From positions 192,202,001 through 192,266,000 of the forward strand of contig NC_086097.1 in the NCBI RefSeq assembly GCF_963921235.1: a stretch of 64,000 nt of DNA, read 5' to 3'. This document shows positions 10,256-23,600 of the stretch, one piece after another; position 1 is the first letter of the stretch, and every line of letters starts with the position of its first letter. Source of the stretch: Mobula hypostoma. Taxonomy: Eukaryota. The notes beneath the pieces were generated by a model. It had not been told where the DNA came from. It ran no database searches and saw only the letters and a program-made list of their open reading frames with translations. The translations under genes were made by a program, and so were the position numbers.

Positions 10256-12637
10256 GTGGCAACTAAAAGCAGGAGGTACAGCGCGGGGGACAGAGCTTTC
10301 ATTAAGTCGGAGGTGCAGCGGCTGCTCAGGGAGGGGGTCATTGAAGCAAGCACAAGTCCTTGGAGGGCGCAGGTGGTGGTTGTTCGGAACGGGGAGAAGA
10401 ATAGGATGGTCGTGGACTATAGCCAGACCATCAATAGGTTCACGCAGCTCGACGCGTACCCTCTACCCCGCATCGCGGATATGGTCAATCAGATAGCACA
10501 GTACAAGGTGTACTCGACCATAGACCTAAAATCCGCTTACCATCAGCTCCCCATCCGCCGGGAGGACCGCCCTTACACTGCCTTCGAGGCGGACGGCAGG
10601 CTTTATCACTTCCTGCGCGTCACCTTTGGTGTCATGAATGGTGTATCTGTCTTCCAGAGGGCAATGGACCGGATGGTGGACCAGTGCCAACTGAAGGCCA
10701 CGTTCCCATATCTGGATAACATCACCATCTGCGGTTACGACCAGCAGGATCACGACAACAACCTCCAAAAATTTCTCCAAGCAGCCAAATCTTTCAACCT
10801 CACCTGTAACAAGGACAAGTGTGTATTTGGGACCACCCGACTTGCTATCCTTGGGTGTGTCATGGAGAATGGAGTCATTGGCCCTGACCCCAACCGTATG
10901 CGCCCCTTGTTGGAACTCCCTCTTCCCAATACCCTCAGAGCCCTCAGAAGGTGCCTGGGCTTCTTTTCATATTACGCCCAATGGGTCTCTAACTATGCAG
11001 ACAAGGCCCGCCCCCTGGTCAAGTCCACCACATTCCCCCTCTCTGCCGAGGCCCACGCGGTCTTCAACCGCATAAAAGAGGACATTGCCAAAGCAGCAAT
11101 GCATGCGGTGAATGAGGCCATTCCCTTCCAAGTAGAGAGTGACGCCTCCAACTTTGCGCTGGCTGCTACCCTCAACCAGGCAGGAAGACCAGTGGCGTTC
11201 TTCTCCCGTACCCTTCAAGGCCCTGAAATTCGGCACTCTGCGGTAGAGAAAGAGGCCCAGTCCATAGTGGAAGCTATAAGGCACTGGAGGCAGTTTCTTG
11301 CCGGCAAAAGGTTCACCCTGCTAACTGACCAGCGCTCAGTCGCATTCATGTTTAATAATCAGCAGTGGAGCAAAATCAAAAATGATAAAATTCTGAGGTG
11401 GAGAATCGAACTCTCCACCTACAACTATGACCTCATGTACAGGCCTGGGAAACTCAATGAGCCCTCCGATGCCCTATCCCGGGGAAAATGCGCCAGCGCG
11501 CAGATCGACTGGCTATACGTCCTACATGTAGACCTTTGCCACCCGGGAGTCACCCGGCTTTTCCACTTCATGAAAGCCTGGAACCTGCCTTACTCCCTTG
11601 AGGAGATCAGGATGATGACCAGGGACTGCCAAGTCTGCGCAGAGTGCAAACCGCACTTCTTCCAACCCGAAAAGGCACCACTCATCAAGGCCACCTGCCC
11701 CTTTGAGCGACTGAATGTTGACTTTAAGGGCCCCCTTCCCTCCACCGACCGCAATGTGTACTTTCTTAACGTAATTGACGAGTACTCGCAGTTCCCCTTT
11801 GCCATCCCCTGCCCCGACACCACTACCACGTCAGTTATAAAAGCCCTGCGCAAGCTCTTCACTCTGTTCGGATACCCATGCTATATCCACAGTGACAGAG
11901 GGTCCTCGTTTATGAGTGACGAGCTGCGCCAATATCTACTGGCTAGGGGAATTGCAACCAGTAGGACCACGAGCTATAATCCCCGGGGGAATGGACAGGT
12001 AGAGAAGGAGAATGCCACGGTGTGGAAAGCCACACTCTTAGCCCTCAGGTCAAAGGGACTGCCGGTCTCCCGCTGGCAGGAGGTCCTTCCCGAGGCACTC
12101 CACTCCATCTGCTCCCTGTTATGCACAGCCACCAATGCCACCCCTCATGAGCGTCTCTTTTCTTTTCCCAGAAAATCGATCACTGGAACCACCCTACCAT
12201 CTTGGCTGATGTCCCCGGGGCCAGTGCTGTTCCGGAAACATGCGAGGAGCAATAAATACTCCCCGATAGTAGAGAGGGTTCACTTACTTCATGCAAACCC
12301 CCAGTATGCCTACGTGGTTTTACCTGATGGGCGGGAGGACACGGTCTCCATCCGTGACCTGGCGCCCGCAGGAGCTCCGGGCCCCTACCCTGAACACTCC
12401 GCGGTGACTATTGACCCTGTACCCACCAATGTATGTACCTACGAGACACCGTGCACCCCAAACCCTATACAGTCACCACACGACACTCCCATACCGGGCG
12501 CAACGCACACGCACGAAGAATTACCGACACCTAACGTGCTGGCACCTGAAGTCAGGCTGGAGCCAGCACAACCGCCATCGCCGGTGCTACGTAGATCACA
12601 GCGACGGACTCGACCGCCTGATAGACTTAACCTGTAA
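10256..12637 (+). CDS. pol: Gypsy pol: reverse transcriptase, RNase H, integrase
   Basis: DAYPLPRI, IDLKSAYHQ, YLDN (RT); ESDAS, EKEA, LTDQ (RNase H); H-X4-H...CQVC, DFKGP, SDRG, VEKEN (integrase); 793 aa with no stop. Confidence 0.95.
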   Translation: MATKSRRYSAGDRAFIKSEVQRLLREGVIEASTSPWRAQVVVVRNGEKNRMVVDYSQTINRFTQLDAYPLPRIADMVNQIAQYKVYSTIDLKSAYHQLPIRREDRPYTAFEADGRLYHFLRVTFGVMNGVSVFQRAMDRMVDQCQLKATFPYLDNITICGYDQQDHDNNLQKFLQAAKSFNLTCNKDKCVFGTTRLAILGCVMENGVIGPDPNRMRPLLELPLPNTLRALRRCLGFFSYYAQWVSNYADKARPLVKSTTFPLSAEAHAVFNRIKEDIAKAAMHAVNEAIPFQVESDASNFALAATLNQAGRPVAFFSRTLQGPEIRHSAVEKEAQSIVEAIRHWRQFLAGKRFTLLTDQRSVAFMFNNQQWSKIKNDKILRWRIELSTYNYDLMYRPGKLNEPSDALSRGKCASAQIDWLYVLHVDLCHPGVTRLFHFMKAWNLPYSLEEIRMMTRDCQVCAECKPHFFQPEKAPLIKATCPFERLNVDFKGPLPSTDRNVYFLNVIDEYSQFPFAIPCPDTTTTSVIKALRKLFTLFGYPCYIHSDRGSSFMSDELRQYLLARGIATSRTTSYNPRGNGQVEKENATVWKATLLALRSKGLPVSRWQEVLPEALHSICSLLCTATNATPHERLFSFPRKSITGTTLPSWLMSPGPVLFRKHARSNKYSPIVERVHLLHANPQYAYVVLPDGREDTVSIRDLAPAGAPGPYPEHSAVTIDPVPTNVCTYETPCTPNPIQSPHDTPIPGATHTHEELPTPNVLAPEVRLEPAQPPSPVLRRSQRRTRPPDRLNL

Positions 12638-12688
12638 ATATACTTGTTTTAAATATTGTCAGTCACTTCACCCCGCGGGACTCTTTTT

Positions 12689-12707
12689 AAAAAAAAGGAG
12701 GGGTGAA
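12689..12707 (+). other. Polypurine tract
   Basis: aaaaaaaaggaggggtgaa directly before the 3' LTR. Confidence 0.85.
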
Positions 12708-12936
12708 TGTGGTAAACCATGTATATATGTTGTAACTCGGTTACCTGTCTGGACACACCCCTCTGCTGACTGCCCCTGTGGCTCCTCCCACAGAGTCCTG
12801 TATAAAGGTGTTCGCCTTGCCCCTCCTCCTCAGTCTGGGGGCAGACACTCATTGTGGAGGTCGTATTGTACAGCGAATAAAAGCCTTTCAGTATTTTACC
12901 AAACCTCAGTCTTTTGGAGTAATTGAAGGTGCTTCA
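12708..12936 (+). repeat. 3' LTR
   Basis: Direct repeat of 8920-9148. Confidence 0.95.
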
Positions 12937-12987
12937 ATGTCTGCCTTAGAAGTTGATATATTGCAATTGGTTAGCCAACTTTGACCC

Positions 12988-13156
12988 TTAATGCAAGGCC
13001 ATTAGTTTTCTTTATGTAGGGGAATCTAAACAATAATCTTCTCAGGTGTACATCTACAGATGTGTGGTACCTCTCTCCATTAATGCAAGGCCATTAGTTT
13101 TATCTATGTAGGGGAATCTAAACAATAATACCCTCAGGTATGTGGTACCTCTCCCC
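12988..13156. repeat. Imperfect tandem duplication (~92-bp period)
   Basis: taatgcaaggccattagtttt...tgtggtacctctc occurs at ~12989 and 13081. Confidence 0.85.
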
Positions 13157-14731
13157 TCACTCTAAATAAGAGTTGAACTGAATCTGACCAATCTGGCACA
13201 GTTGTTCTAATTGGGAGCATATGCCATGGTGAGATATAATGATTCCAGGTTTGTACTTTCTGCATGACTTTTGACTTTTGAGATAACCCATAGTTACTAT
13301 TCATGAGCATGCTGAAGACACCAAATTCATAATGTTTAAACACATTACTCCTGGCACATCATGTGCATCAGAAAGTTACACCACTTCCATGACTCCCCCT
13401 TTGTAACTGGTACAGGTTTCTAGTTTGGTGCTGTATGCACATACATCTATGTAATTAAAAAAAATTAGGACCAGTAGCTTTTTGTGCCTCCTGCATGTGC
13501 GTGGTTGGGCATCATGAGAATTATGCTTGTTTTTTTAGTGCTTCGTATCCAACTCATTTCAGGTACATTGTTATAAACAGAATAATCTAAATGTGAAACA
13601 GCAGCAAAAAAGATGACATTTAAGGTTCAGATGAGATTTGCTGATAATGTGGAATTTGTTGCCTTTCATCCTCAACAGCCCCAGCAGTTATGCATAAATG
13701 ATGCATGCCCCCAGTGAAAACAGTATACAGCTTCTGTTCTGTAAATATGTAATCCCAGTTCCAGGTACAGGCTTCAACACATTATCTTGTGACAATCATT
13801 AAAACATATTCTTCATGGTTAGACGCATGAAAAACAAACACCCAGCTATTCTTGGTCCTGATTTGAGAGGCCAGTTGCAGAGTGTGCAAGGGAACAGATC
13901 TGATGAGTGATTTCTGTATTTGTTACCCAAACCTACCTTTTTGCAGCTCCTGGGTTTTCAAGATGGTGTGTGCAATTCGAAAACATGAAGTCATTTGCAA
14001 TGACCTTATTCAAGTTGTTAATACTGAAGGAAAGAAAATAATTTAATTTGTCAGACATTAAAATAGATGTAACAATAATGAAGATAACCTGCAGTGGTAA
14101 TTTTTTTTCAATTTGACTAATCCCTTTAAGACATATTCCAATGAAAAAATCTCATTCTTTCATGTTTAGTTCATTGAAATTCAAACTGTATTATAGAACA
14201 TTTGAGGCTATCAAAATTTAGTGATGTCATAAGAACTGAAGCATAGTTTGTCATTTGGCTGAACTGTTATTATTATCAGGAGAACATTCAGCTATTGCAA
14301 TAAAAACAGAAATATCTAGAAAACCACAGAACATTTTGAACACTTTAAAAGAGAAAATAGCTTACAGAATCATGGAACGGTTATTGCACAGAAGGTGGTA
14401 ATTTGGACGTCATGGGAGCATTGCTCATCAGAAGTATCTTTGCGAGAACCAACACAATCTAGGATTCTTGTGCAGTGTTCTTCAAAGGAAAATCTAAGGT
14501 GAGCCAGAGCCTTGACAATCACAAGACACGGTTAAAAAAAAACAGCAATGTTATTTTCAGATAAGCTTTCAATAATTATTTTCTTGGATATGACCCAAAC
14601 CCAAGCAGAAGTGAAACAAATACTGGTTATAAAATAAAATCTGATCATGAAAGCATAAGAATTAAATTTAGCTCATTGTTCTGGTGAGTTCAGCAGTTCA
14701 TCCAGTATACAACCCAATCACTCTTAAATCT

Positions 14732-15358
14732 GTTAAGCAGAATCTCCCAGTGGCCACACATTTTAATTCCACATCCCATTCCCATTCTGACATGTCTATC
14801 CACGGCCTCCTCTACTGTAAAGATGAAGCCACACTCAGGCTGGAGGAACAACACCTTATATTCCGTCTGGGTAGCCTCCAACCTGATGGCATGAACATTG
14901 ACTTCTCTAACTTCTGCTAATGCCCCACCTCCCCCTCGTACCCCATCCGTTATTTATTTATATACACACATTCTTGCTCTCTCTCAATCCTTTTTCTCCC
15001 TCTGTCTCTCTGACTATACCCCTTGCCCATCTTCTGGGTTTTTTCCCTCCCTCCCCCTTTTCCTTCTCCCTGGGCCTCCTGTCCCATGATCCTCTCATAT
15101 CCCTTTTGCCAATCACCTGTCCAGCTCTTGGCTCCATCCCTCCCCCTCCTGTCTTCTCCAATCATTTTGGATCTCCCCCTCCCCCTCCCACTTTCAAATC
15201 TCTTACTAGCTCTTCCTTCAGCTAGTCCTGATGAAGGGTCTCAGCCTGAAACGTCGACTGTACCTCTTCCTAGAGATGCTGCCTGGCCTGCTGCGTTCAC
15301 CAGCAACTTTGATGTGTGTTGCTTGAATTTCCAGCATCTGCAGAATTCCTTGTGTTTA
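14732..15358 (+). mobile_element. 5'-truncated PLE (GIY-YIG C-terminus + terminal repeat)
   Basis: LPVATHFNSTSHSHSDMSIHGLL...EEQHLIFRLGSLQPDGMN; 13-bp TSD cactcttaaatct at 14719-14731 and 15359-15371. Confidence 0.93.
15224..15259 (+). ncRNA. Minimal type I hammerhead ribozyme
   Basis: agtc-CTGATGA-agggtctcagcct-GAAA-cgtc-gact: stem I agtc/gact, stem II agg/cct, palindromic ACGT at stem III, GUC cleavage triplet. Confidence 0.85.
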
Positions 15359-18300
15359 CACTCTTAAATCTCTCCAGCTTATCTGGACAATTATTTCAAA
15401 TAACTCTCTCTTGAGTAAAGTAGTGAGGTTTGAAATTTCGTGAGGAAAATCCTGACAAGGAGTTACTGGACGGCATCTGCATTTAAATTCTGAATTTAAA
15501 TCTATTGGATAAAGGGAGCAGGACAGTGAGCAGTCATATTGTTTTCATGCAGCCTGCCAGTCATGAGGTACGTGCCAGTTGCTCATCGGTCTCAAAGATC
15601 ATGAAGTCCCATTGTCATAATTGAGTGGCAGCAGCATCAAGTTCTTGACTGACTTCCTGAGGAGCAGTCGGACTGTTCCTCTACTTGCAATGTGAACTAA
15701 GTAAGAATGTAGTGACCAATTTTGCAGGAGATCTTCATACTTGTGGCAACATCCACCAGTGGACACAGGTTTAGAGTAAAAAAATGGATCGGAGGAAAAA
15801 GGTTTTCACTCAGAGAGTTGTGGAGACTGATCTCACAACATTCTGTGAACATCTGAGTCACCAAGATAAAGATATAATCCAAAATCTGGTATATGGAATT
15901 ACTTTAGATGGTCATATGATGATCTACATGGACACAGTGAGCCAAATTATTTTCCTTTCAGGTTTCTTTAAATTTACTTTAGTATTGCAATAATAACATG
16001 TTACATAATGATGCCCTGTTGTACAAGTTCATGAGTGTTAAATCTTTAGCTGTTCTCCTAGCTCATCCACTCTTATTAGAATTACTCATTTCACTTTCTG
16101 TCCTTCCTCACTGTATCTATGACCCTTATAAGGTATGGTGATCAGCAGGGCATACAGCCCTTTTAATGTGCCTTCAAAAGTACATAAAACCCTCAGTATA
16201 GCTTCTTTTGATAACTGGAACACTTTTCTGTTTATGTAATAAAACATACAGGTGCATTAATTTGTTTGCACCTGCTATAGTGTTGACTTTTATTGCTAAC
16301 AGAACAAACAGCTAAGTGTAAAAAAATTGATAGCTTGATTAATCATTACTTCTAATAGAAATGTAGGTCTAAGTTACTATTGTATTGTATTAAACTCAAG
16401 AACAAAACCAGTTGGAAATTCATAGGCTAGAATTAAATTATCATCTGTTCTTTTACTATTAGAGAATATCAATAAATTTTAACAATGATAAATCCAGGTT
16501 GTAGGTAAACTAATTTTAACACAGATTATGAATGAAAATTACTTCACCAACACACGCTCTACCTGATTGGCATCCACATTCATATGTCATTATGTTAATA
16601 CTAATTGTCTGGAACTCCTTGCAACCATTGACTGTCTCTATTGTTTGTTCTCTGTGTACTGAAACAATGTTGATATTCTAAGGATAATAATGGAGTAAGA
16701 TCTCAAGATCTTTAATCTGTGAAATTCATTATTTAGGTAATACGTGACCTGCTGCCCAGTTCTCTTCATCTGTGGTCTATATACTCCTGAAGTCCCATGA
16801 ACTAGACTTCCTATCAGCATAACAATTTCCTGACTGAGGAAATAGTACAGGATGCTATCATTGAGAAGCAGACTCCATCCAGCAGGCAATGTGCAAGTGA
16901 AAAAGTCTATAAATAATCCCTTATTATAGTGCATTTGAAATCAGGAGGATGCCTGTGGGCCAGACCCATAATCTATTACTATAATTTAGAAAACAGCAAA
17001 ATTAACTTTAAGAAAGTTGTTTTTTTTAATTCCAATGTTGTTCCATAGGGTTTTGCTTTCCTTTGTTAGTATAACTTCCATATTATTTCTATGTGCCAAA
17101 GGTCATAATAGTCAACATGCTATGGAAACATATGGTACAAGCAAATTAACAATTACTGCTTTTTGCTGATGGTGAACATCAATAATTGGTGTTTCCTCCT
17201 CTACAAATAGAATTTTGAGGGTATTTAATTCAGTTGATTAATAATGACTAGAGATTTTCTATCTGTTTCACCCTGAGTTTCAAGTGCAAATTGGATTAAG
17301 CTGAGTAGAAAAGCAGGCAGAGATCTACTATACATCCTAGATATATCCTAGAGTCAAAAAAAATATTCACAGGACACATTCATCTGAAAGTAGCAGAAGC
17401 TTCAATTAAATATTAATTAGAGGCAGGGGAACCTGAACATCATTTCCCAGTGTTCTGGTGTGCGGAACATCCAGAAATAATTATACCAATGTGAGTTCAG
17501 CATCAAGATAGGCTTGGTGATTGAATGCATACAGGTACGTTCAAAGGTCAGAGAAACATTGAGGGAAAAGCATTGCAGTCATGTCCTGACTATTTCAATT
17601 CCATTTAATCTACTGACACTCGAGTTTTAGTGAATCTTTGCAACATTTATTTACTTTGTCCCAGTACCATTTTGGCAACAGTGACCTTCCTCAAGTCTGA
17701 AAAATGAGGGAAAGAAAATAGAGGTTTAATGGAAAGCTGAAGATGGTGCAAGAGGTGCTCTGTTCCTTTAGGTGAAGGAAGACAGTCCTTGCAATGTCAG
17801 GAAGTTCATGGAGATAAAGATTCTTTTTCAAGCATGGTGGAACAGCAGACCAGAATCTTCAGTTAAAATATTTGTATGATGACTATAATACTGACTGATT
17901 TTTCCAACAGAACTCCAAAGGAAAATAAAATTAAATCAAGAAAAAAAATTATGGCAGTTGAAATCTGTTGGGTAAAAAAGGAAGAGAATGCTGGCAATGT
18001 CCAAAGGTAGATGATGCTATTTTGGATATACTCTTGAGAACTCAAGACTGCGTGACCAACAAATATTTTAACAAGGTTGTAAAAATAGAGAGATCAAAGA
18101 AAGGTGTGATAGAACTGACAGATATGCTAATGCAGGGGGGAATTATGAGACCCTCCATTTCAACCTTTTGATGAGACAATGATCTTGAGGTTTTGACTTC
18201 AGAATAACTAGATGATCTATTGACAAACTGTTGCTTTCACAGGATTTTAAAAAACTATTTTGAAATAAAACCAATCATCAGACAATAAATAGAATGTTCT

Positions 18301-20429
18301 AGATAGCTTTGGTCACCATATTATGGGGACTTCAGACAGTATTTACAAGGATAGTGGAGAAACTAATGAAGTTTTAGTTATGAGGATAAATTTTACGTAT
18401 CGGTGTTATATCAACCAGAATATGAGAGACAGAGGAAAGGCTTAACTAAGAGGTCTCAAGTTATATGATAGAAAGTATCCAATTCCCTTCACACGGTGGT
18501 TAATAACTAGATTTGAAATAATTGATACAGGATTAGAGAAGAGATGAGATTTTTAAAAGATCTGGTACAGTTGAGGTTCTGGGTGAGCACAAGACTTGGA
18601 ACTAAGATCTAAAAAGAAGAAGTATGCTGGTTAACTCTTTTTCAGTGGGCGAAGACATGATATACTTAATGGCTATTTTATATGTCATAAATGTCTATGG
18701 TTCTATAATTTTATCTAATTTCAGACTTAAACGTATGTCTTAAGGATTGTCCATAAGAGAGAAAAGCATTAAGCACCAATTCATATTACAATGGTTGTTC
18801 CTCTGCTACATGCATCTATTTTCAGAAAATCTGGTGGCGCACTATACTATTACCAGATGTCCTTGCAAATAAATGAACCTGCATGGTAATATTGACCTGC
18901 AGCTACTTTGGTACAATTTACACTCTCCTGTTGAGCACTAATAAAGAATTTATCCTGCAGGGAGGAATTCATGTGATAAAGCAAACAAAAAAATCTAACT
19001 TACCAGGTCAATATTTGAAAATGTCAGCCTTTGCCACAATAAATTACTATAAGCAGGATCTTTTATCAAAGAATATTTTCAGCATAAAGTACAGCAATGT
19101 TTAGACAACGCTTTCATTTTTCCTGATAATTTCACTTTTCAGTGTTGGACATTCTGCATTTCCACCTTATTAGGATAGGTATGTCAATTATTTCTAGTAC
19201 ACTGTTATGATCATTCAGTAACCCTCAGCTAGGAGCCACACACAAATAAAAATATCCATTCACATTTTTTCCATCCATGTGGATTACCTGATAGTCTTCC
19301 AGCTATTCTCACCAAATAGGGAAGTTCATGTGTAAAATCTTTATCCTAATCTCATATAGTTTAGCTCATTATGCCAAAAGCTTGAAGCTAGACTGTGGCC
19401 TTTGCACATGAAGAGATCCTGAGGCACCTCACGTTATCAGGTAAAGTTTGACATCAAGCCGTGAAAAGTGATATTAAGACTGAAGATTAAAAGGTTGGTC
19501 AGAATGTTAGGTTTCCAAGAGGATAAGAGAGTCAGCTGATTTACCTATATTCAGTCATGTAAGGTTTCAATAAAGTGAAAACTGTCATACTGAGGAAATG
19601 ATACCAGTGAAGGTATCAGTCAGTATTGCACTTAGCTGGTGTCATGACCCAATTGCTCTCCTTAGTTCTGGTAGCTCTTGGTGCAATAACAGTTTCACGA
19701 ATATGGTATTGCAAAAGATTTGCTACAGAAGTGTCAGCTACCATTCATAATTGTGTGTCACAGTGCTACATCATAACAAAATGAACTTATTGCTACTTTT
19801 CCCATTTGCCATGAAAAGTCTCAGCCTGCCTTGCATCTAATAATCTGAAGCTACTTTTCTTGGCTATTGATTTCCCTCCAACACACTTTGCTTAGACAAG
19901 GATAAAAGCATAGCGGGGTGCAAAAATTATAATAGGTTTTCTTTCTTTTTCTAAGTGATTCACTTCAGAATAAATTATGGATTCACCAATCCCCATAGTG
20001 CAGTGTGCTTGAAGGATGGGATAATTGAAGATCATTTAATTCCGAAGCCATATTTTTCTACGCTGTATTTTCTTCATATACAGCTGTCTCAGGAGCATTG
20101 AAGCTCTGAAAATTTATCCTTAGGAGTTTTTTGTCATGTACAAATGTAATTGAATAAGTTTAGGGGGTTTCCACAAACTTCCTGTTAAATATGGAGCAAT
20201 GCTCATCTGCTGAGATAACTCAGATGGTCAAGGGGTTTGGCCCAAAACATTGACAATTTCCTTCGTCCCATCAGTGCTGCTCAACCCATTGAGTTCTTCC
20301 AGCAGATTGCAAATTCTGGAATTTGGAGAACACAATCTCTTCTGTCTCCTATCAAACATGTATCCACAGCAAAAATACACACAATTCAACATTATCACAA
20401 TTCTTTGAGAAAAATCGAGTGCAGGTGTA

Positions 20430-20696
20430 GAGTCATTAAGTTGCATCAGGCCCTTTGGCCCAACTCATCCATACTGACCAAGGTCCCTACCTAAATTAAA
20501 CCCATCTGGCTCTTTTAGCCCATATCCCTCTGAACCTAGAAGTATATTTATCCAAATTTCTTCAAAGCATTACGATTTCACTTGCAACTGCCACTTTCTC
20601 TGGCAGCTTATTCCTCATACCCACCACCCTCTGTATGAAAATTTTCCCTTTCAATCACATTTAAATTCCTCCTAACTCACCTTAAACTTTTAGATT
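20430..20696 (-). mobile_element. Degenerate CR1 3' end interrupted by the L1; resumes at ~27759-28078
   Basis: CR1 3'UTR-like sequence ending ctcaccttaaactttt continues as tttagattcccctactctgggaaaaagac after the L1 tail; RPHLEYCVEFWPP in ORF 27931..28491. Confidence 0.65.
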
Positions 20697-22359
20697 GGTT
20701 GATAAAATTAAAGAAATCGATAAAAAATATGCTGTTTCTCCCAGTAAGGAGCTATACAAACACAGAGTTGAGCTTCAATTGGAACATAGCTTATTATTAA
20801 CATCCTCGATTGAAAATCAATTAATGAGAACTAGAAGTGACTCTTACATTCATAGTGATAGATCGGGTAAACTATTGGCTAATCAATTGAAATTCGATTT
20901 GGTTAAACGTCAAATTACTAAGATTCGTAAACACGATGATATTTTGACAGTTGATCATGTTGGGATAAACAAAACTTTTCAAGAATTTTATACCTCTCTA
21001 TACTACTCTGATTTTCCTCATGATTCTAATTTCATGCATGTTATTTTAGCTAAGCTGAATTTTCCGAAAGTATCACCCGAAGATTGCTTATCATTAGAAA
21101 CTCCTATTACAGAGGAAGAAATAATAACTGCAATCTCATCATTGAATTCTGGTAAAGCACCCGGTCCGGATGGGTTTACAGTGGAATTTTTAAAATTCTT
21201 TTCCTCCATTCTCTCTCCGAGGTTGTCTAGAATATTCAAAGAAGCAATCAGTTTAGGTAAATTACCACAATCGTTTTATGAAGCCTCTATCTCTCTAATT
21301 CTTAAAAAGAATAAAGATCCTACTGATTGGGCATCATACAGACCGATATCTCTTTTGAATGTAGATTCAAAAATTTTTTCAAAAATTCTAGCAACTAGGT
21401 TAGAGAAGGTATTACCTCAAATTATATCTATGGATCAAACTGGGTTTATTAAAAATCATTATTCATCTTTTAATATTAGGAGGTTAATGAATATTGTTTA
21501 TACCCCTTCACTTACTACTCCAGAATGTATTATCTCATTAGATGCCGAGAAAGCCTTTGACAGAGTTGAATGGCCTTATTTATTTAATGTCCTTGAGAAA
21601 TTTAATTTTAGTCGGACATTTATATCTTGGATTAAGTTGTTATATTACTCTCCGGTAGCCTCGGTTTGTACTAATAATCATAGATCTCCTTCTTTTCAGC
21701 TCTTTCGTGGCACTAGGCAAGGATGTCCTCTTAGTCCTTTATCATTCAATATCGCCCTTGATCCTTTAGCAATTGCTATCTGCGACTCGCCCAATATTTT
21801 TGGTATTAGCCATGGAAATGAAATACATAAATTATCACTATACGCAGATGATCTGTTGCTATATATCTCTAACCCGGAGAAGTCAATTCCTGCTATTCTA
21901 GATTTGTTAGCTCAATTTAGTAATTTTTCTGGTTACAAATTGAATCTTAATAAGAGTGAATTATTTCCCTTAAATAAGCAGGTACCTATCTATGGACGTT
22001 TACCATTTAAATTGGTTACTGATTCATTTATATATTTAGGGATAACAATTACGAAAAACTATAAAGATTTATTTAAAGCTAATTTTTTACCTTCAATTGA
22101 TCAGATTAAGCTTTTGTTTACTAAATGGTTACCAATCTCTTTGTCTTTAATTGGCCGAATTAATACTATTAAGATGATTATTTTGCCCAAATTTCTATAT
22201 GTATTTCATTTGGTTCCAATTTTTATTCCAAAATCTTTTTTCGATAATGTAGATTCAAAAATTTCCTCATATATATGGCAGACCAAAAATCCTAGGTTAA
22301 GTAAAAAGTATTTACAGAAATCTAAAAAAGAGGGGGGGGCTTGCCCTCCCGAATTTTAG
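20695..22359 (+). pseudogene. L1 ORF2 reverse transcriptase region; frameshifts and stops downstream
   Basis: KAPGPDG, YRPISLLN, LDAEKAFD, GTRQGCPLSP, LYADD. Confidence 0.93.
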
Positions 22360-23169
22360 ATTTTATTATTGGACAATTAATATCTGATATTTAAAATTTT
22401 GGTTACGAGATTTGCAGGTACCTTTAAATCCACAGTGGGTAAATCTTGAATGTAATTCTTTACAAAGGTTCTCCTTGAGTTCGATTTTAGGAACTTTGCT
22501 TCCTTTTACCTTTTCTAAATTGTATAAACAAATCAATAATCCAATAGTTAAGCATACTTTACGTATATGGTTTCAATTTCGAAGATTTTTTGGGTTTAAT
22601 CAATTTATTTTAGCAAGTCCTATCTGATCTAATTTCCTTTTTCAACCTTGCACTATGGATCAAGCTTAATTTGATTGGAAAACCAAAGATATAATACGTT
22701 TTTGTGATTTATTTTTAGATAATTGTTTTATGTCTTTTGATCAACTTTCTAATAAATATAACTTACCCAGATCTCACTTTTTTAGATATTTACAGATTAG
22801 AAACTTCTTAATTACTGTTTCTCCTAATTTTCCACACCCATACCCAATGGACACTTTGGAAAAAATTTTAGATTTAAATCTTTCTCAGAAAATTATATAG
22901 CAATTATATATAATATAATTATGAATTTATCCCTGATGTTTCCAATAAAATTAAAGCTGATTGGGAAAGAGAACTTAAGATTGTTATACCGATTGAAAAA
23001 TGGGAAAAAATTCTTCATTTGGTTAATTTATCCTCTATATGTGCCAAACGTGTTGATACAGTTTAAAGTAGTGCACAGGGCCCATATGTCCAAAGATAAA
23101 CTATCTCGTTATTGCTCTTATACTAATCCAATACGTGATAGATGTCATTGCAAGATAGCTTCTTTAACT

Positions 23170-23502
23170 CAAACAACAGGAATTCTGCAGATGCTGGAAA
23201 TTCAAGCAACGCACATCAAAGTTGCTGGTGAACGCAGCAGGCCAAGCAGCATCTATAGGAAGAAGCGCAGTCGACATTTCAGGCCGAGACCCTTCGTCAG
23301 GACTAACTGAAGGAAGAGTGAGTAAGGGATTTGAAAGCTGGAGGGGGAGGGGGAGATGCAAAATGATAGGAGAAGACAGGAGGGGGAGGGATAGAGCCGA
23401 GAGCTGGACAGGTGATAGGCAAAAGGGGATACGAGAGGATCATGGGACAGGAGGTCCGGGAAGAAAGACGGGGGGGCGGGGGTGACCCAGAGGATGGGCA
23501 AG
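23170..23502 (-). repeat. PLE 3' terminal repeat (portion shared with the 5' copy)
   Basis: Near-identical to 26671-27005. Confidence 0.93.
23269..23304 (-). ncRNA. Minimal hammerhead ribozyme, 3' repeat copy
   Basis: Minus strand agtc-CTGACGA-agggtctcggcct-GAAA-tgtc-gact. Confidence 0.8.
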
Positions 23503-23600
23503 AGGTATATTCAGAGGGACAGAGGGAGAAAAAGGAGAGTGAGAGAAAGAATGTGTGCATAAAAATGAGTAACAGATGGGGTACGAGGGGGAGGTGGGGC

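Larger units (their letters stand above)
8920..12936 (+). mobile_element. Ty3/Gypsy LTR retrotransposon with rearranged gag
   Basis: Two 229-bp TG...CA LTRs, polypurine tract before the 3' LTR, PR-RT-RH-IN order, imperfect 5-bp TSD atatc (8915-8919) / atgtc (12937-12941). Confidence 0.96.

Noticed and set aside
16638..16934. 98-aa ORF / possible 81-nt minus-strand exon
   Set aside because: Weak donor (GTCACG), phase 0 does not fit, no recognisable motif
18999..19055. Strong minus-strand donor (CTG|GTAAGT) with a possible 43-nt exon
   Set aside because: Not phase-compatible with the other candidate exons; acceptor is modest and there is no other support
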